A stretch of 64,000 nt of DNA from Candidatus Hadarchaeum sp. (lineage in GTDB: Archaea; Hadarchaeota; Hadarchaeia; Hadarchaeales; Hadarchaeaceae), in assembly GCF_049969415.1 (NCBI RefSeq), contig NZ_JBMFOX010000001.1, positions 32,001-96,000 on the forward strand. Reading direction: 5' to 3'. Within the stretch, counting starts at the first letter, position 1. Each line of letters begins with the position of its first letter. Of the stretch, positions 1 through 9,167 are shown in pieces. The position numbers and the translations under genes are program-made. The notes below the pieces were generated by a model that was given only the letters and a program-made list of their open reading frames with translations, was not told the DNA's origin and did not search any database.

Positions 1-284
1 TGCCTTATCATCCATGCCATTTCCTTGGCTTGGGTGAATATTTCCAAGCACCTCGGGTCAAGGTTATCCCTGATTCCGTTCTCCGCAACCGCCAAGACCT
101 CGCTCAGCAGCTTCTGCAGCGAAACATGCAGATCGTTGGTGTATCTGGACCTCTCGATCAGCTGCGCCTTATCATCCGGCAGCTTCTCAAATTTTTCCCT
201 GGGTGCGCCACAGTTGGGGCACTTCTCCGGCGGATTCTCGCCGTCGTAAATGTAGCCGCAAACCAAACACTTCCACTTCATCAT
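1..284 (-). CDS. Rubredoxin-like domain protein (3'-partial, runs off window start)
   Basis: Manual translation: [53 protein letters not shown]...; two CxxC motifs; GGAGGTG RBS upstream; absent from ORF track because it has no stop in the window. Confidence 0.85.
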   Translation of the reverse strand, partial: MMKWKCLVCGYIYDGENPPEKCPNCGAPREKFEKLPDDKAQLIERSRYTNDLHVSLQKLLSEVLAVAENGIRDNLDPRCLEIFTQAKEMAWMIR

Positions 285-312
285 CTCCACACCTCCATCA
301 ATTATCTCCGTC

Positions 313-816
313 TCAGAACCCCTTAAACTCTGTCTCCGGGGCTCCGCATATGGGACATCTCTTCGGCGCCTCACCCTCAACGGTGTAGCCGCATTTTTTG
401 CAGATGTAGATGGTCCCGATTTCAATGTCCGAGCCGCTCAGCACGCTCTGCCTAGCCTGCTGGTACATCCCGGCATGCACCTTCTCCGCCTGCAGCGCAT
501 AGTTAATGCTCCGCTGCGCTCCCAGCTCGTTCTGGAGATCGGCGACGGCTTTAAACGCCGGGTACATCTCCTCAACCTCATATGTCTCACCGTCAATCGC
601 CGCCTGCAAATTTTCCGCTGAACTTCCGACCTGCCCGAGCGTTCGCAGATGGTTCGCTGCATGCACCAGTTCCGCGTAGGAAATGGCCCGGAAAAGTCTG
701 GCCACGTTTTTAAGCCCCTCTTCCTCGGCCCTCTCGGCAAATATGGCGTACTTCATGTGGGCCTGGCTTTCTCCCGCAAAAGCTTCTTTCAAATTTTTCT
801 CGGTCATTTTCTTCAT
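313..816 (-). CDS. rbr: Rubrerythrin
   Basis: [19 protein letters not shown] di-iron four-helix motif, ExxH motifs, C-terminal CxxCG...CPxCG rubredoxin domain; start moved to ATG 816. Confidence 0.95.
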   Translation of the reverse strand: MKKMTEKNLKEAFAGESQAHMKYAIFAERAEEEGLKNVARLFRAISYAELVHAANHLRTLGQVGSSAENLQAAIDGETYEVEEMYPAFKAVADLQNELGAQRSINYALQAEKVHAGMYQQARQSVLSGSDIEIGTIYICKKCGYTVEGEAPKRCPICGAPETEFKGF

Positions 817-912
817 CCAATCCCCAAGAGTTAATTTATCTACGGATTTATTAAACTTTTGTCCGAAAAAAGGATTTATATGTCCCAAATTATTATTAAA
901 CAGGATGAAAAC

Positions 913-1338
913 ATGGTGGACGAGCTCGATCTGAAGATTCTGCAAATGCTGGAGAACGACGGCAGCCTATCCTTCACGGAAATTGCCAGGAGGCTGAGGC
1001 TGAACGAGTCAACGGTCCGGAAAAGAGTTCTTGCCCTGAAGGAGAAAGGAGTGATAAAAAAATTCACCATCGTCGTCGATCATGAAAAGATCGGCTTCTC
1101 CACCTTGGCAGTGGTCGGCATCGACGCCACACCGGATAAACTGCTGGAAATCGCGCAAAAATTGGCGGAACTGCCTGAGACTAAATACGTGGCCACCTCA
1201 ACGGGAGACCATATGATAATGACCGAAATCTGGGCCAGGGACGGCAGGGAGCTCTCCAGAATCCTCTCCGAAAAAATCGGTGCCATTGAAGGGGTGAAAA
1301 AAATCTGTCCGGCTATCATCCTCGAAAAAATCAAGTGA
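913..1338 (+). CDS. Lrp/AsnC family transcriptional regulator (LrpA-like)
   Basis: MVDELDLKILQML...EIARRLRLNESTVRKRV HTH; STGDHMIM RAM domain; CPAIILEK ending typical of archaeal LrpA. Confidence 0.92.
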   Translation: MVDELDLKILQMLENDGSLSFTEIARRLRLNESTVRKRVLALKEKGVIKKFTIVVDHEKIGFSTLAVVGIDATPDKLLEIAQKLAELPETKYVATSTGDHMIMTEIWARDGRELSRILSEKIGAIEGVKKICPAIILEKIK

Positions 1339-1427
1339 ATTAATCCCGTCTGGTTTTATAGGCTATTGAAAAAATCCCACCAATCTTGAAATACTGCGGC
1401 TGGATTTTGCTGGATTGTGTAAAGAAA

Positions 1428-1778
1428 TCAGGCCGAAAAATGCTTCTTGTATAGCTCGTCCCGGATAACATCGATGACTTTTGTTCCGACATGAACTTTG
1501 GCGACCTTCAACTTTTCCTCCTTAAGAAGCGATAGCGCCCCAAGCCCAATCTCGGCGGCCACGACCACGTCCACACCGAACTCTTTCAGCTTCTGAACAA
1601 CCACCCGGCCCCTGCCCCGGGAAAGTCCCGCCGCCGGATTTTTCATTATCTCCAAGTGAACCTTTTTCCCCTCGACTGTGGCTATGGTGAATGTCTCCGC
1701 CTTGGCAAAGTGGTCTGCAACTTCGTCTCCTAGCCCTTTCTGTCCCTTGGTAGCAATGGCCACCTTAACCTTGGCCAT
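1428..1778 (-). CDS. NifB/NifX-family (FeMo-co biosynthesis-like) protein
   Basis: KVAIAT...V.DHFAKAETF, V.VVAAEIGLGA pattern of the NifX/MTH1175 family. Confidence 0.85.
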   Translation of the reverse strand: MAKVKVAIATKGQKGLGDEVADHFAKAETFTIATVEGKKVHLEIMKNPAAGLSRGRGRVVVQKLKEFGVDVVVAAEIGLGALSLLKEEKLKVAKVHVGTKVIDVIRDELYKKHFSA

Positions 1779-2052
1779 ATGTGTCACGGGATTTTGATTC
1801 TTCCAGCTGTTTAATCCGTTCCTGAACGAGCTCCAGCTCTTGCTTCAATCTCTCCATATGGTTTTTGAGATAGTCGATTTCTTCTTCCGGAGTCAATGCC
1901 ATCGCGGGTGGACGCGGAGCGTAGAGCCACCAGCAGGCTCCCGGACCGTAGAGCCAACCGGGCCGCTGCCAGGGTGGCAAGTAGCTGAACGGACCATGTC
2001 CCGGCCAATCACCGAACCGCCGATATCCCTTCCGACCGAACATTTCCATCAC
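1765..2052 (-). CDS. DUF5320-like protein (Gly/Pro/Trp-rich N-terminus, coiled-coil C-terminus)
   Basis: WPGHGPFSYLPPWQRPGW followed by EEEIDYLK..MERLKQELELVQERIKQLE coiled coil; overlaps the NifX-like gene start. Confidence 0.7.
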   Translation of the reverse strand: MMEMFGRKGYRRFGDWPGHGPFSYLPPWQRPGWLYGPGACWWLYAPRPPAMALTPEEEIDYLKNHMERLKQELELVQERIKQLEESKSRDTYGQG

Positions 2053-2178
2053 CGAAATATGTTCTATAGCACAAAATATAAAAAGCTTTGGTTCTGACCA
2101 ATTCAGCGGCCATAGGAAATACTAAACGCGTCCGTTCGAAAGTTGGAATATCTGCCGCTGTACCGATTTCTCGAAATC

Positions 2179-3060
2179 TCAAATCTCTATTCCTAGAAAT
2201 ATTCTAACCCCAACACCGATTAGAAACGTCAGCGCGGCAACCCCGAGGCTGATTGCCGCCATTTCGGCAAATCTCCGCAGAAAAGGAAATCCCCTAGCAA
2301 CTGACACGTAGTAGGTGAAGACAAATATAATGAAAACGGCGAACAGTATTGTCAACCCCAGTGAGAGGAGTGTTTCCTGAAACAGGAGAAACGGAGCTAT
2401 CAAAAGCATGACTGTGGCCAGATAAGCTACTCCTGTGTAAAGCGCGGCCTTACCCGGACGTTTTGATGAGTCCTCCGCCTTGGTCGACAGATACTCGGAA
2501 GTTGCCATAGAAACGGAGGCAGCGATGCCCGTGATCAACCCCGCAACGGCAACATAGCGGCTGTTCTCGAAGGCAAAGCTGAACCCGGCCAGTGCCCCAG
2601 TTAGCTCCACCAGAGCGTCGTTCAGTCCCAGCACCATGGAGCTAACATACTCAAGCCTTTCCTCGTGAATTGAATCGATAAGTTGTTTCTCGTGATCCTC
2701 CTCATCCCTTAGGATTTCCTCAGCCTCCGGTATAATTTTTGACAGCTTTTCATAGTTTTCCTGCGCTCGCTCCTCGCTTTTTTCCATCAATTTCAGGCCA
2801 AAGGTTATTCCGAAAATTCTGGACACAAAAAGATAAAACCAGACCAACGGCCCGTTTGGCTTCACCTCGAGACCCGTGTGGTCCTTCCAGAAATTATAGT
2901 GTCTGAGCTCATCATCCGCCATCCGGCTCAATATCTCCTTAGTCCTCTGGTCCCTCGCCGAAGACGACAGCCTTTTGTAAATGTGAAGGCCGTTGATCTC
3001 CTCCTTCTGCGCAGCAACGAGGCTGTTTTTAATCTCGGTGCTCAAAGGATGAGAATTCAT
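2179..3060 (-). CDS. Rubrerythrin-domain VIT1/CCC1 iron exporter (MbfA-like)
   Basis: N-terminal ExxH di-iron helices (DELRH, DEEDHE); C-terminal VLGLNDALVE...SMATSEYLS VIT1 signature with TM helices. Confidence 0.9.
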   Translation of the reverse strand: MNSHPLSTEIKNSLVAAQKEEINGLHIYKRLSSSARDQRTKEILSRMADDELRHYNFWKDHTGLEVKPNGPLVWFYLFVSRIFGITFGLKLMEKSEERAQENYEKLSKIIPEAEEILRDEEDHEKQLIDSIHEERLEYVSSMVLGLNDALVELTGALAGFSFAFENSRYVAVAGLITGIAASVSMATSEYLSTKAEDSSKRPGKAALYTGVAYLATVMLLIAPFLLFQETLLSLGLTILFAVFIIFVFTYYVSVARGFPFLRRFAEMAAISLGVAALTFLIGVGVRIFLGIEI

Positions 3061-3170
3061 GAAGGTCAATTTATTCTGGACTCCTAACAATTTAGATTTT
3101 GTCTTCCGGCAGTGCTACTTAATTCTACCAGAACAATCAGCAGGGTCATTGTCCGTGAGAACAAGTTTAT

Positions 3171-3956
3171 TTATTCTTTCGCTCTCTTAAGCCATCTCAA
3201 CTTGCCTCTACCAATCTTCACTTCCACGCGAGGTTTGGTGGCAAGGTAAACCGAGCGAACGTTCATCCCGACAAAGTCATCCTGAACTCGCGTCAGTTCC
3301 TGCAGCGTCAGCGGTCTCACCCGACTGGGTCTCAATGGAGTATTTAACTGGACCTCATCGGGATTTATCTCCTTGGCGATTTTGGCAATTTCACGTGAAA
3401 ATTTCATGTTCTCCGGGACTAACATGACCTCCAGCTGAAACCTGCCCCTGAACTCAGCGCGAAATTTCTTTAAACCCTCAACTATCTCGTGGAAATAAAT
3501 GCCCGAGTGCGGCCGATTTACCGCCTGAAGTAACTGCTCGTCGGAAACATCCAGCTTGCCTTTCACGATATCTGCCTTGGCCAAATCTTCCCTTACCTCC
3601 CTCCGGATTTTGAGCGAAGAATTGGTCAGAACCGCCACCGGAAGTCCCGAGATTTCTCGGGCTATATCTATAAGCTGCCCCAAGTTCCGAGCCAGCGTTG
3701 GTTCACCCGTGCCAGAGAAGGTCACCACATCGGCCCTAACCTTATTAACTGCCCGCTTGAGGGCGCGCGCGACCTGGTCTTCGGTGACAAAAACCCTCCG
3801 TTCGACCGACTTCTCGGTTGTGGGTCCGAGAGAGCAGTAGATGCAGTCGAAGGAGCAAATTTTTCCTTTCTGACAAATCGGATCCACGCCCAGTGATCTC
3901 CCCAGTCGCCAAGAGGAAACCGGACCGTAAACAATTGCCATAAATCGACCAGCCAC
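3171..3956 (-). CDS. Radical SAM protein (COG0731/TYW1-like, function unknown)
   Basis: YGPVSSWRLGRSLGVD, CSFDCIYC cluster motif, TFSGTGEPTL. Confidence 0.9.
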   Translation of the reverse strand: MAGRFMAIVYGPVSSWRLGRSLGVDPICQKGKICSFDCIYCSLGPTTEKSVERRVFVTEDQVARALKRAVNKVRADVVTFSGTGEPTLARNLGQLIDIAREISGLPVAVLTNSSLKIRREVREDLAKADIVKGKLDVSDEQLLQAVNRPHSGIYFHEIVEGLKKFRAEFRGRFQLEVMLVPENMKFSREIAKIAKEINPDEVQLNTPLRPSRVRPLTLQELTRVQDDFVGMNVRSVYLATKPRVEVKIGRGKLRWLKRAKE

Positions 3957-4052
3957 ATTCTCCTTTAGCCCATTTTTGAACTCGCGACAAATAAATGCCT
4001 CGGTTGCGCCTTAGAAAAGTAACTGCCGATACCAATTGGATTTACCAAGAAA

Positions 4053-4790
4053 TCACAACATCTTGAGCGCCCACATCAGAGCAATTCCGATTATAAACGC
4101 GAAGAAGGCCACCAAGGTTCTGGTGGTGCTCGCCTCTTTGTGCAGCTCGGGAACCAGATCCGAGGCCGCGATGTAGAGAAATCCGCCCGCGGCGAAGGGC
4201 AGCAAAAACATCATCGCGATTTCATGGTGGGGGAACAAATAATAGCCCAGAATTCCTCCTGCCACCGCCGTCAAAGCAGTCACAAAATTCAAAAACAGCG
4301 CCTTTCGAGAGCTGAGACCGCCGTAGACCAAGACGCCGAAATCTCCCAGCTCCTGCGGAATTTCGTGTGCAGCGATGGCGATGGTGGCGGTCAATCCGAG
4401 AGGTACGCTCACGACGAAACTGGCCGCCATGATCAAGCCATCGATAAAATTGTGCACGCCATCACCAATGAGGTTTAGATAAGCGAAGGTATGTATCGGG
4501 CACGCTCTCTCATGACAGTGCCGCCAGAGCAGTTTCTCCAGGATAAAAAAAATCACGAAACCTACGATCACCATCAAGAAGACATCTTCCAAACTGGCGG
4601 TTCCGCTAGCTATCGCTTCCGGCAACAGGTGGAGAAAACCGCCGCCGATCATAGCCCCAGCAGCAAACCCGATTTGTGCCAGCAATATTTTCTTTAACAT
4701 ATTTTCTGATAACACCAGTGTGGCCGCCCCGATGAATGAAATCAGGCTAACGATAAATGTAGCCAAAAGAATCCAGAGAACCTCGATCAT
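4053..4790 (-). CDS. ZIP family metal transporter
   Basis: Multiple TM helices, HCH loop, HNFIDG and HEIPQELGDF signatures. Confidence 0.95.
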   Translation of the reverse strand: MIEVLWILLATFIVSLISFIGAATLVLSENMLKKILLAQIGFAAGAMIGGGFLHLLPEAIASGTASLEDVFLMVIVGFVIFFILEKLLWRHCHERACPIHTFAYLNLIGDGVHNFIDGLIMAASFVVSVPLGLTATIAIAAHEIPQELGDFGVLVYGGLSSRKALFLNFVTALTAVAGGILGYYLFPHHEIAMMFLLPFAAGGFLYIAASDLVPELHKEASTTRTLVAFFAFIIGIALMWALKML

Positions 4791-4791
4791 T

Positions 4792-5235
4792 TCAACCCTC
4801 CCGTTTACATCTTACGTCGGTGAAGATGGTTTTCTTGCAGGGACATGATGTGGGGTGTCCATAGGTGCGACAGATGGTATTAATCAGTTCCATCGAGGCA
4901 TGATAATCCAGTTTAGAAGCCTCTTTACAAGCGCTCTTGGGGTCGTACTTTAACAAATCCGCAAAGAGCACCTCCAAGATGCGGTGTTTTCTTAGCAACT
5001 TTCGGGCCTCTCGTTTGCCTTCCTCAGTCAACTCGACGCCTCGATAGGGCCGGTGGACAAGTAACCGTTTCTTGGAAAGATTTCGCAACACTTCAGTTAC
5101 CGTGGCGGGTCGAACTTTGAAAATTTTTGCGATACTTGTGGTACTGACATCCGATGAGCCCTCAACCTGCTTTCTGTAGATCAACATTAGATACTTGGTC
5201 TCTGTCTCTGTCAAAGCTGCTTCCGCCTTCATCAT
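4792..5235 (-). CDS. DtxR/MntR-family metal-dependent repressor
   Basis: wHTH (V.PATVTEVL..L), PYRGVELTEEG, RKHRILE dimerisation helix. Confidence 0.92.
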   Translation of the reverse strand: MMKAEAALTETETKYLMLIYRKQVEGSSDVSTTSIAKIFKVRPATVTEVLRNLSKKRLLVHRPYRGVELTEEGKREARKLLRKHRILEVLFADLLKYDPKSACKEASKLDYHASMELINTICRTYGHPTSCPCKKTIFTDVRCKREG

Positions 5236-5242
5236 TATCAGA

Positions 5243-5265
5243 AAATTTAGGATTTACCTAAATTT
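5243..5265. promoter_or_regulatory. Putative DtxR/MntR operator AAATTTAGG-N5-CCTAAATTT
   Basis: Perfect 9-bp inverted arms immediately upstream of the dtxR start; TTAGG..CCTAA core is typical of DtxR/MntR boxes. Confidence 0.8.
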
Positions 5266-5362
5266 AACATTTTTGGTTGATAAGACGCAAAAACTTACGT
5301 GGCGACGATTTAAAATCCAGACGAAACATCAAAAAATGAGTGTATGTCAGAAGTTGCTTTAG

Positions 5363-5902
5363 ATGAACTTTGCCAAAATATTTGTTTTTAACCCGCGGTG
5401 CCGGACATGATCGGGAAAACTAAATCATTTGAATATGCACTGGAAAGGGCCGGGATGGCAAGGTTTAACTTGGTCTCAGTCTCAAGCACTATCCCGCCCG
5501 GGTGTAAAATGATTAGCCGCGGAAAAGTTTGAAAATGCTCTCATACGGGCAAATTGTCTTTGGAGTTTTCGCCAGATGTTGCGGCAACGAAAGGGGGCGC
5601 CTGATATCAGCGAGTATCGGCTGTGCGATACCTGCGAACAAGAACACCTATGAGTACATCAGCGGACATGATGCCTGCGGGCAAACCGCGAATGAAGCGG
5701 GCGACTATGCTGAAGATCTGGCCGCATCAACGCCCGCTGGCTTCCTAGGCCTAACTTTCGATCCTGAGAAAATTTGGAATGAGAGAAAGCAGATTTGGAA
5801 AATTTCGGGGAAAATAGTAAGAACCACCAACATCACCCAGACTACCCTATGAAGAAAGGAATGTGGTCAACGGTCTTTGCCGCGACTGTATTTGTTCTGT
5901 AA
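5363..5902 (+). pseudogene. pdaD: Pyruvoyl-dependent arginine decarboxylase pseudogene
   Basis: Fragments in different frames: LPKYLFLTRGAGHDRE / KSFEYALERAGMARFNLVSVSSTIPPGCK / LKMLSYGQIVF...AGDYAEDLAAS...TTNITQT / KKGMWSTVFAATVFVL*; at least 3 frameshifts. Confidence 0.85.
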
Positions 5903-6773
5903 TATTCTTTGGTCCACCAAAAGTAACCGAATCGCCTGTCCTAATCCTTCGACAATTTTTCCCAAACAGGCTAACAAACTTCGCGACGGCCCTGCTGCCC
6001 GTGCAGTGGCACGGCATCAGCGATTCCACGCTGAACTCCTTAAATTTCCCGGCGGTCCAAGTTATCCTTCCCGTGTCTGATTTATACAGATGAAAGCCAC
6101 CCAAGACCGCGTGCAAGCAGCTGGAACCGGTCATCCTCTGAGCGCTTTCAATCGTGTTAACTATTCCAGCATGAGCACAGCCGGTGATGACCAACAACCC
6201 CGCGCCCTTGACCCTCACAAAAAGTGCCTGATCGTCAGGGAGGTTGTCCTTAACAAGCCTTCCCTCCCTCTTTGTCCTGAAACCCTTAACCTGCTCCAGC
6301 CGGTTGGTTCTTTTAATTTCACCGCTGACCCAGACACCTGGGACCAATTGGTAAGGTTTTTTATTTCGGATCAAAATACCGCCGGCGCTTTCGAGCTCCG
6401 CAGCCGTGCACGGCATGCCGATCTTCTTGGGCTTCTTCTTTTTTAACACAAATTTTGGTTCAAGCGCCTCTGGATGGAGAATTATGGGCAATTTTTTATT
6501 GATAAACTTCAAAACACCAAGAAGCCCGCCAGTATGATCGCTATGTCCATGGCTGAGGGCGATGTAATCCACTTTCTTCAGGTCAACACCAAGCCTTCTG
6601 GCATTATCCAAAACCGCCTCCGCCTCAGGCCCGGCATCGAAAAGCAAATGGAGGCTGCCTCGGGCCGATTCAACTTCGATAAAAAAGGATAGCCCATGCT
6701 TCGCAACAAGGTCGGGCCTCCTTTTGGTGTCCTCAATCAGAACCGTAAGTTTCAGGCCATCTATCCCGCGCAA
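5847..6773 (-). CDS. MBL-fold metallo-hydrolase (MJ0301/COG1237-like)
   Basis: HGLSF, LFDAG, SHGHSDHTGG, GCAHAG, GGFHL, PCHCTG motifs. Confidence 0.92.
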   Translation of the reverse strand: MRGIDGLKLTVLIEDTKRRPDLVAKHGLSFFIEVESARGSLHLLFDAGPEAEAVLDNARRLGVDLKKVDYIALSHGHSDHTGGLLGVLKFINKKLPIILHPEALEPKFVLKKKKPKKIGMPCTAAELESAGGILIRNKKPYQLVPGVWVSGEIKRTNRLEQVKGFRTKREGRLVKDNLPDDQALFVRVKGAGLLVITGCAHAGIVNTIESAQRMTGSSCLHAVLGGFHLYKSDTGRITWTAGKFKEFSVESLMPCHCTGSRAVAKFVSLFGKNCRRIRTGDSVTFGGPKNITEQIQSRQRPLTTFLSS

Positions 6774-7119
6774 GTTCTCCCTCCTCCGGTTCCTGCGGTG
6801 GCCTATCGGCGATTATCAGAGGCCTGCGCTCGACCATCATCTGAACGACCTTTTTTCTGGCGCTCTCCAGACAGCGCCACACGGTGCCGCGGGAGATCTT
6901 CATCCTCTGGGCGACCTCATCCTGATTCAGGCCCTCGATGTAGGTCAGGCGGAGGGACTCGTACTCATCGTAGGAGAGATAGATCGGCCCTGAGGTGGAA
7001 ATCGGCCCCTCTCCGGGAGACCAAGGAACGAACATAGTCGGGGCCGGTATGGAGCTGAGAAATCTCGGCTTCATCGGCCTGCCCGGACCGTGCCTTCGCC
7101 AGCACCATCTTCGCGGCAT
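6733..7119 (-). CDS. DUF134 domain DNA-binding protein
   Basis: GPGRP N-terminus; DEYESLRL.YIEGLNQDEVAQRMKISRGTVWRCLESARKKV HTH. Confidence 0.9.
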   Translation of the reverse strand: MPRRWCWRRHGPGRPMKPRFLSSIPAPTMFVPWSPGEGPISTSGPIYLSYDEYESLRLTYIEGLNQDEVAQRMKISRGTVWRCLESARKKVVQMMVERRPLIIADRPPQEPEEGELARDRWPETYGSD

Positions 7120-7163
7120 GGTATCATTACTTTTGTGTTCATTCGCACATAATAACATTTACC

Positions 7164-9167
7164 TCAGATTCCCAGAGGGTTGAGGTGATTGAAGATCCCG
7201 CCCACCAGCAGAGCGAGGACAAAGGTACCGATTGTTATCAGTATCGCGTCCTTCCATCCCAGCTCCTGCTTGAGGGCCGCCACGGTCGCCGCGCAGGGGA
7301 CGTAGATTGAGACGACGAGGGCGAAGACAAAAAGCTGCAGCGGCGTCATGAACTCCAGCAGATTTGAGGTACCGGCCAACGCGACCAGCAGAACCAGTGC
7401 CCCCTCCTTCCTGATAAAACCGTAAAGCAGCGAGATGATGGTTACCGCGGGCAGTCCGAGCCAGCCCGAGGTAAGCGGGGAAAGCGGGCTTACTATCACG
7501 GACAGCAAGCCGGAAACGTCCAGGGCACCTATTGCCAAGCTGCCGAGGATGAGGATCGGGGTGGCAAAGTAAACGAAGTGCTTCATCCTCATCCAGGTCT
7601 TACTCAACAGGGGCCTGAGCATGGGGACGCGCAGCGGCGGCACCTCCATTATCATCCCGGAAACCTTACCGCGCAGAAAGCGGTTGAGGAGCAAACCGAC
7701 GATGAAGATCAGGACCAAGATGATGCCGTAGATTAGAAGCGCGTACTGGACCCCCAAAAAATATCCCACCGTGCCCAAGATGACGGCAGTCCGGGCGGAG
7801 CAGGGTACCATGGTGATGAGGAAGTTGGCGATCAACCTCTCCCGCCTCGTCGTCAGCACCCGGGTGGACATAATCGCGGGCACGTTGCAGCCGAATCCGC
7901 CCAGCATCGGGACGACTGCACGGCCGTGAAGTCCTATCCGGTGCATCGCTGAATCCATCACGAAGGCCATGCGCGGAAGATAGCCCACATCCTCAAGCAG
8001 GGCAAGGATGAGAAAAAAGACCAGAATGTATGGGATCACGACCGCCAAGATCCCGGAAATACCCTGGTTAATTCCGATGTCAAGGACCCGTCCCAGATTG
8101 CCAAGAGAAGTAAAAAAGCCGCTGAGAACGGGAGAAACATAGGCATCCCAAGCTCCAACCACCAACCCCTCCAAAAATCCACCCACGTAGATCAATAGGA
8201 GGATAAGGGCGGCAAACACGGCCAACATTATCGGTACGCCCGTTCGCATGTTTGAGGTGATGTCGTCCAGACGGTAGGTCCACTTCGGCTTGACCGGAAC
8301 TATGTCAGTCACCTCCTTCGAAATCATGGCCGCGATCCCATGGCGCTCGCGGGCAATCCTGTAAGCGGACGGCTCCCCGTACTCAACCGCCATTTCCCGC
8401 GCCAGCTTTCTCGCCTTCATCAAAAAGCTCTCGCTGCCGGGGAGATCAGCCACGGCCCGGATGAGGTGTTCATCGCCCTCTAAGAGCTTTAGGGCCAGAG
8501 TGCGGGCGGAGAGATTGAAAGGGGCCTTGCCCCGGAACTTTGCGATCTCGACCGCGAGTTCCCTTATCGCCTTCTCCGTGTCCCGGCTCAGTGGCAAAAC
8601 CCGCTTGGGTCTTTTTCCCTCGAGGGCAATCTTTATGGCCTCATCAAAGGCCCTGGCCACGTTTTCCCCGTGGGTGGCCACGGTGGTTATCACCGGCAAA
8701 CCGAGCTTCTTCGCGAGCTTTTCCGTGCTCGGGTGAAGCCCCTTCGCCAGCGCCACATCATACATATTCAAAACCAGCAGCATCGGACGACCCAGCTCCA
8801 TCAGCTGCAGGGTCAAGAAAAGACTACGCTCCAAGTTAGAGGCGTCGGCTATGTTCATAATCACGTCGGGCTCCTGTTCCAAGATAGCACGCCGGGCAAC
8901 CAGCTCATCTTGGGAAACCGCACCAAGCGAATAAACTCCAGGCAGATCGATTACCCTGATGTCGTGCTCGCCGCGCTTCACCCGGCCCTCCATCAGCTCC
9001 ACCGTTGTTCCGGGATAATTGGAAATTATAACATCAGCCCCGGTGATCTGATGAAAGATCGCGCTCTTGCCCACGTTGGGAGTTCCCGCAAGCGCCACCA
9101 CTATCTCGGGTTTTTTTGTTTCCGGCACCGAAATCACCAAAGATTTAATGCCAGCCCCGACCGGCAC
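7164..9167 (-). CDS. feoB: Ferrous iron transporter FeoB
   Basis: GTPNVGKS, NYPGTTVE, DLPG, NMYD G-motifs; GFGCNVPA and PCSAR gate motifs. Confidence 0.97.
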   Translation of the reverse strand: MPVGAGIKSLVISVPETKKPEIVVALAGTPNVGKSAIFHQITGADVIISNYPGTTVELMEGRVKRGEHDIRVIDLPGVYSLGAVSQDELVARRAILEQEPDVIMNIADASNLERSLFLTLQLMELGRPMLLVLNMYDVALAKGLHPSTEKLAKKLGLPVITTVATHGENVARAFDEAIKIALEGKRPKRVLPLSRDTEKAIRELAVEIAKFRGKAPFNLSARTLALKLLEGDEHLIRAVADLPGSESFLMKARKLAREMAVEYGEPSAYRIARERHGIAAMISKEVTDIVPVKPKWTYRLDDITSNMRTGVPIMLAVFAALILLLIYVGGFLEGLVVGAWDAYVSPVLSGFFTSLGNLGRVLDIGINQGISGILAVVIPYILVFFLILALLEDVGYLPRMAFVMDSAMHRIGLHGRAVVPMLGGFGCNVPAIMSTRVLTTRRERLIANFLITMVPCSARTAVILGTVGYFLGVQYALLIYGIILVLIFIVGLLLNRFLRGKVSGMIMEVPPLRVPMLRPLLSKTWMRMKHFVYFATPILILGSLAIGALDVSGLLSVIVSPLSPLTSGWLGLPAVTIISLLYGFIRKEGALVLLVALAGTSNLLEFMTPLQLFVFALVVSIYVPCAATVAALKQELGWKDAILITIGTFVLALLVGGIFNHLNPLGI

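Noticed and set aside
1428-1778. Nitrogen fixation capability
   Set aside because: Stand-alone NifX-like domains are widespread; no nifHDK in the window
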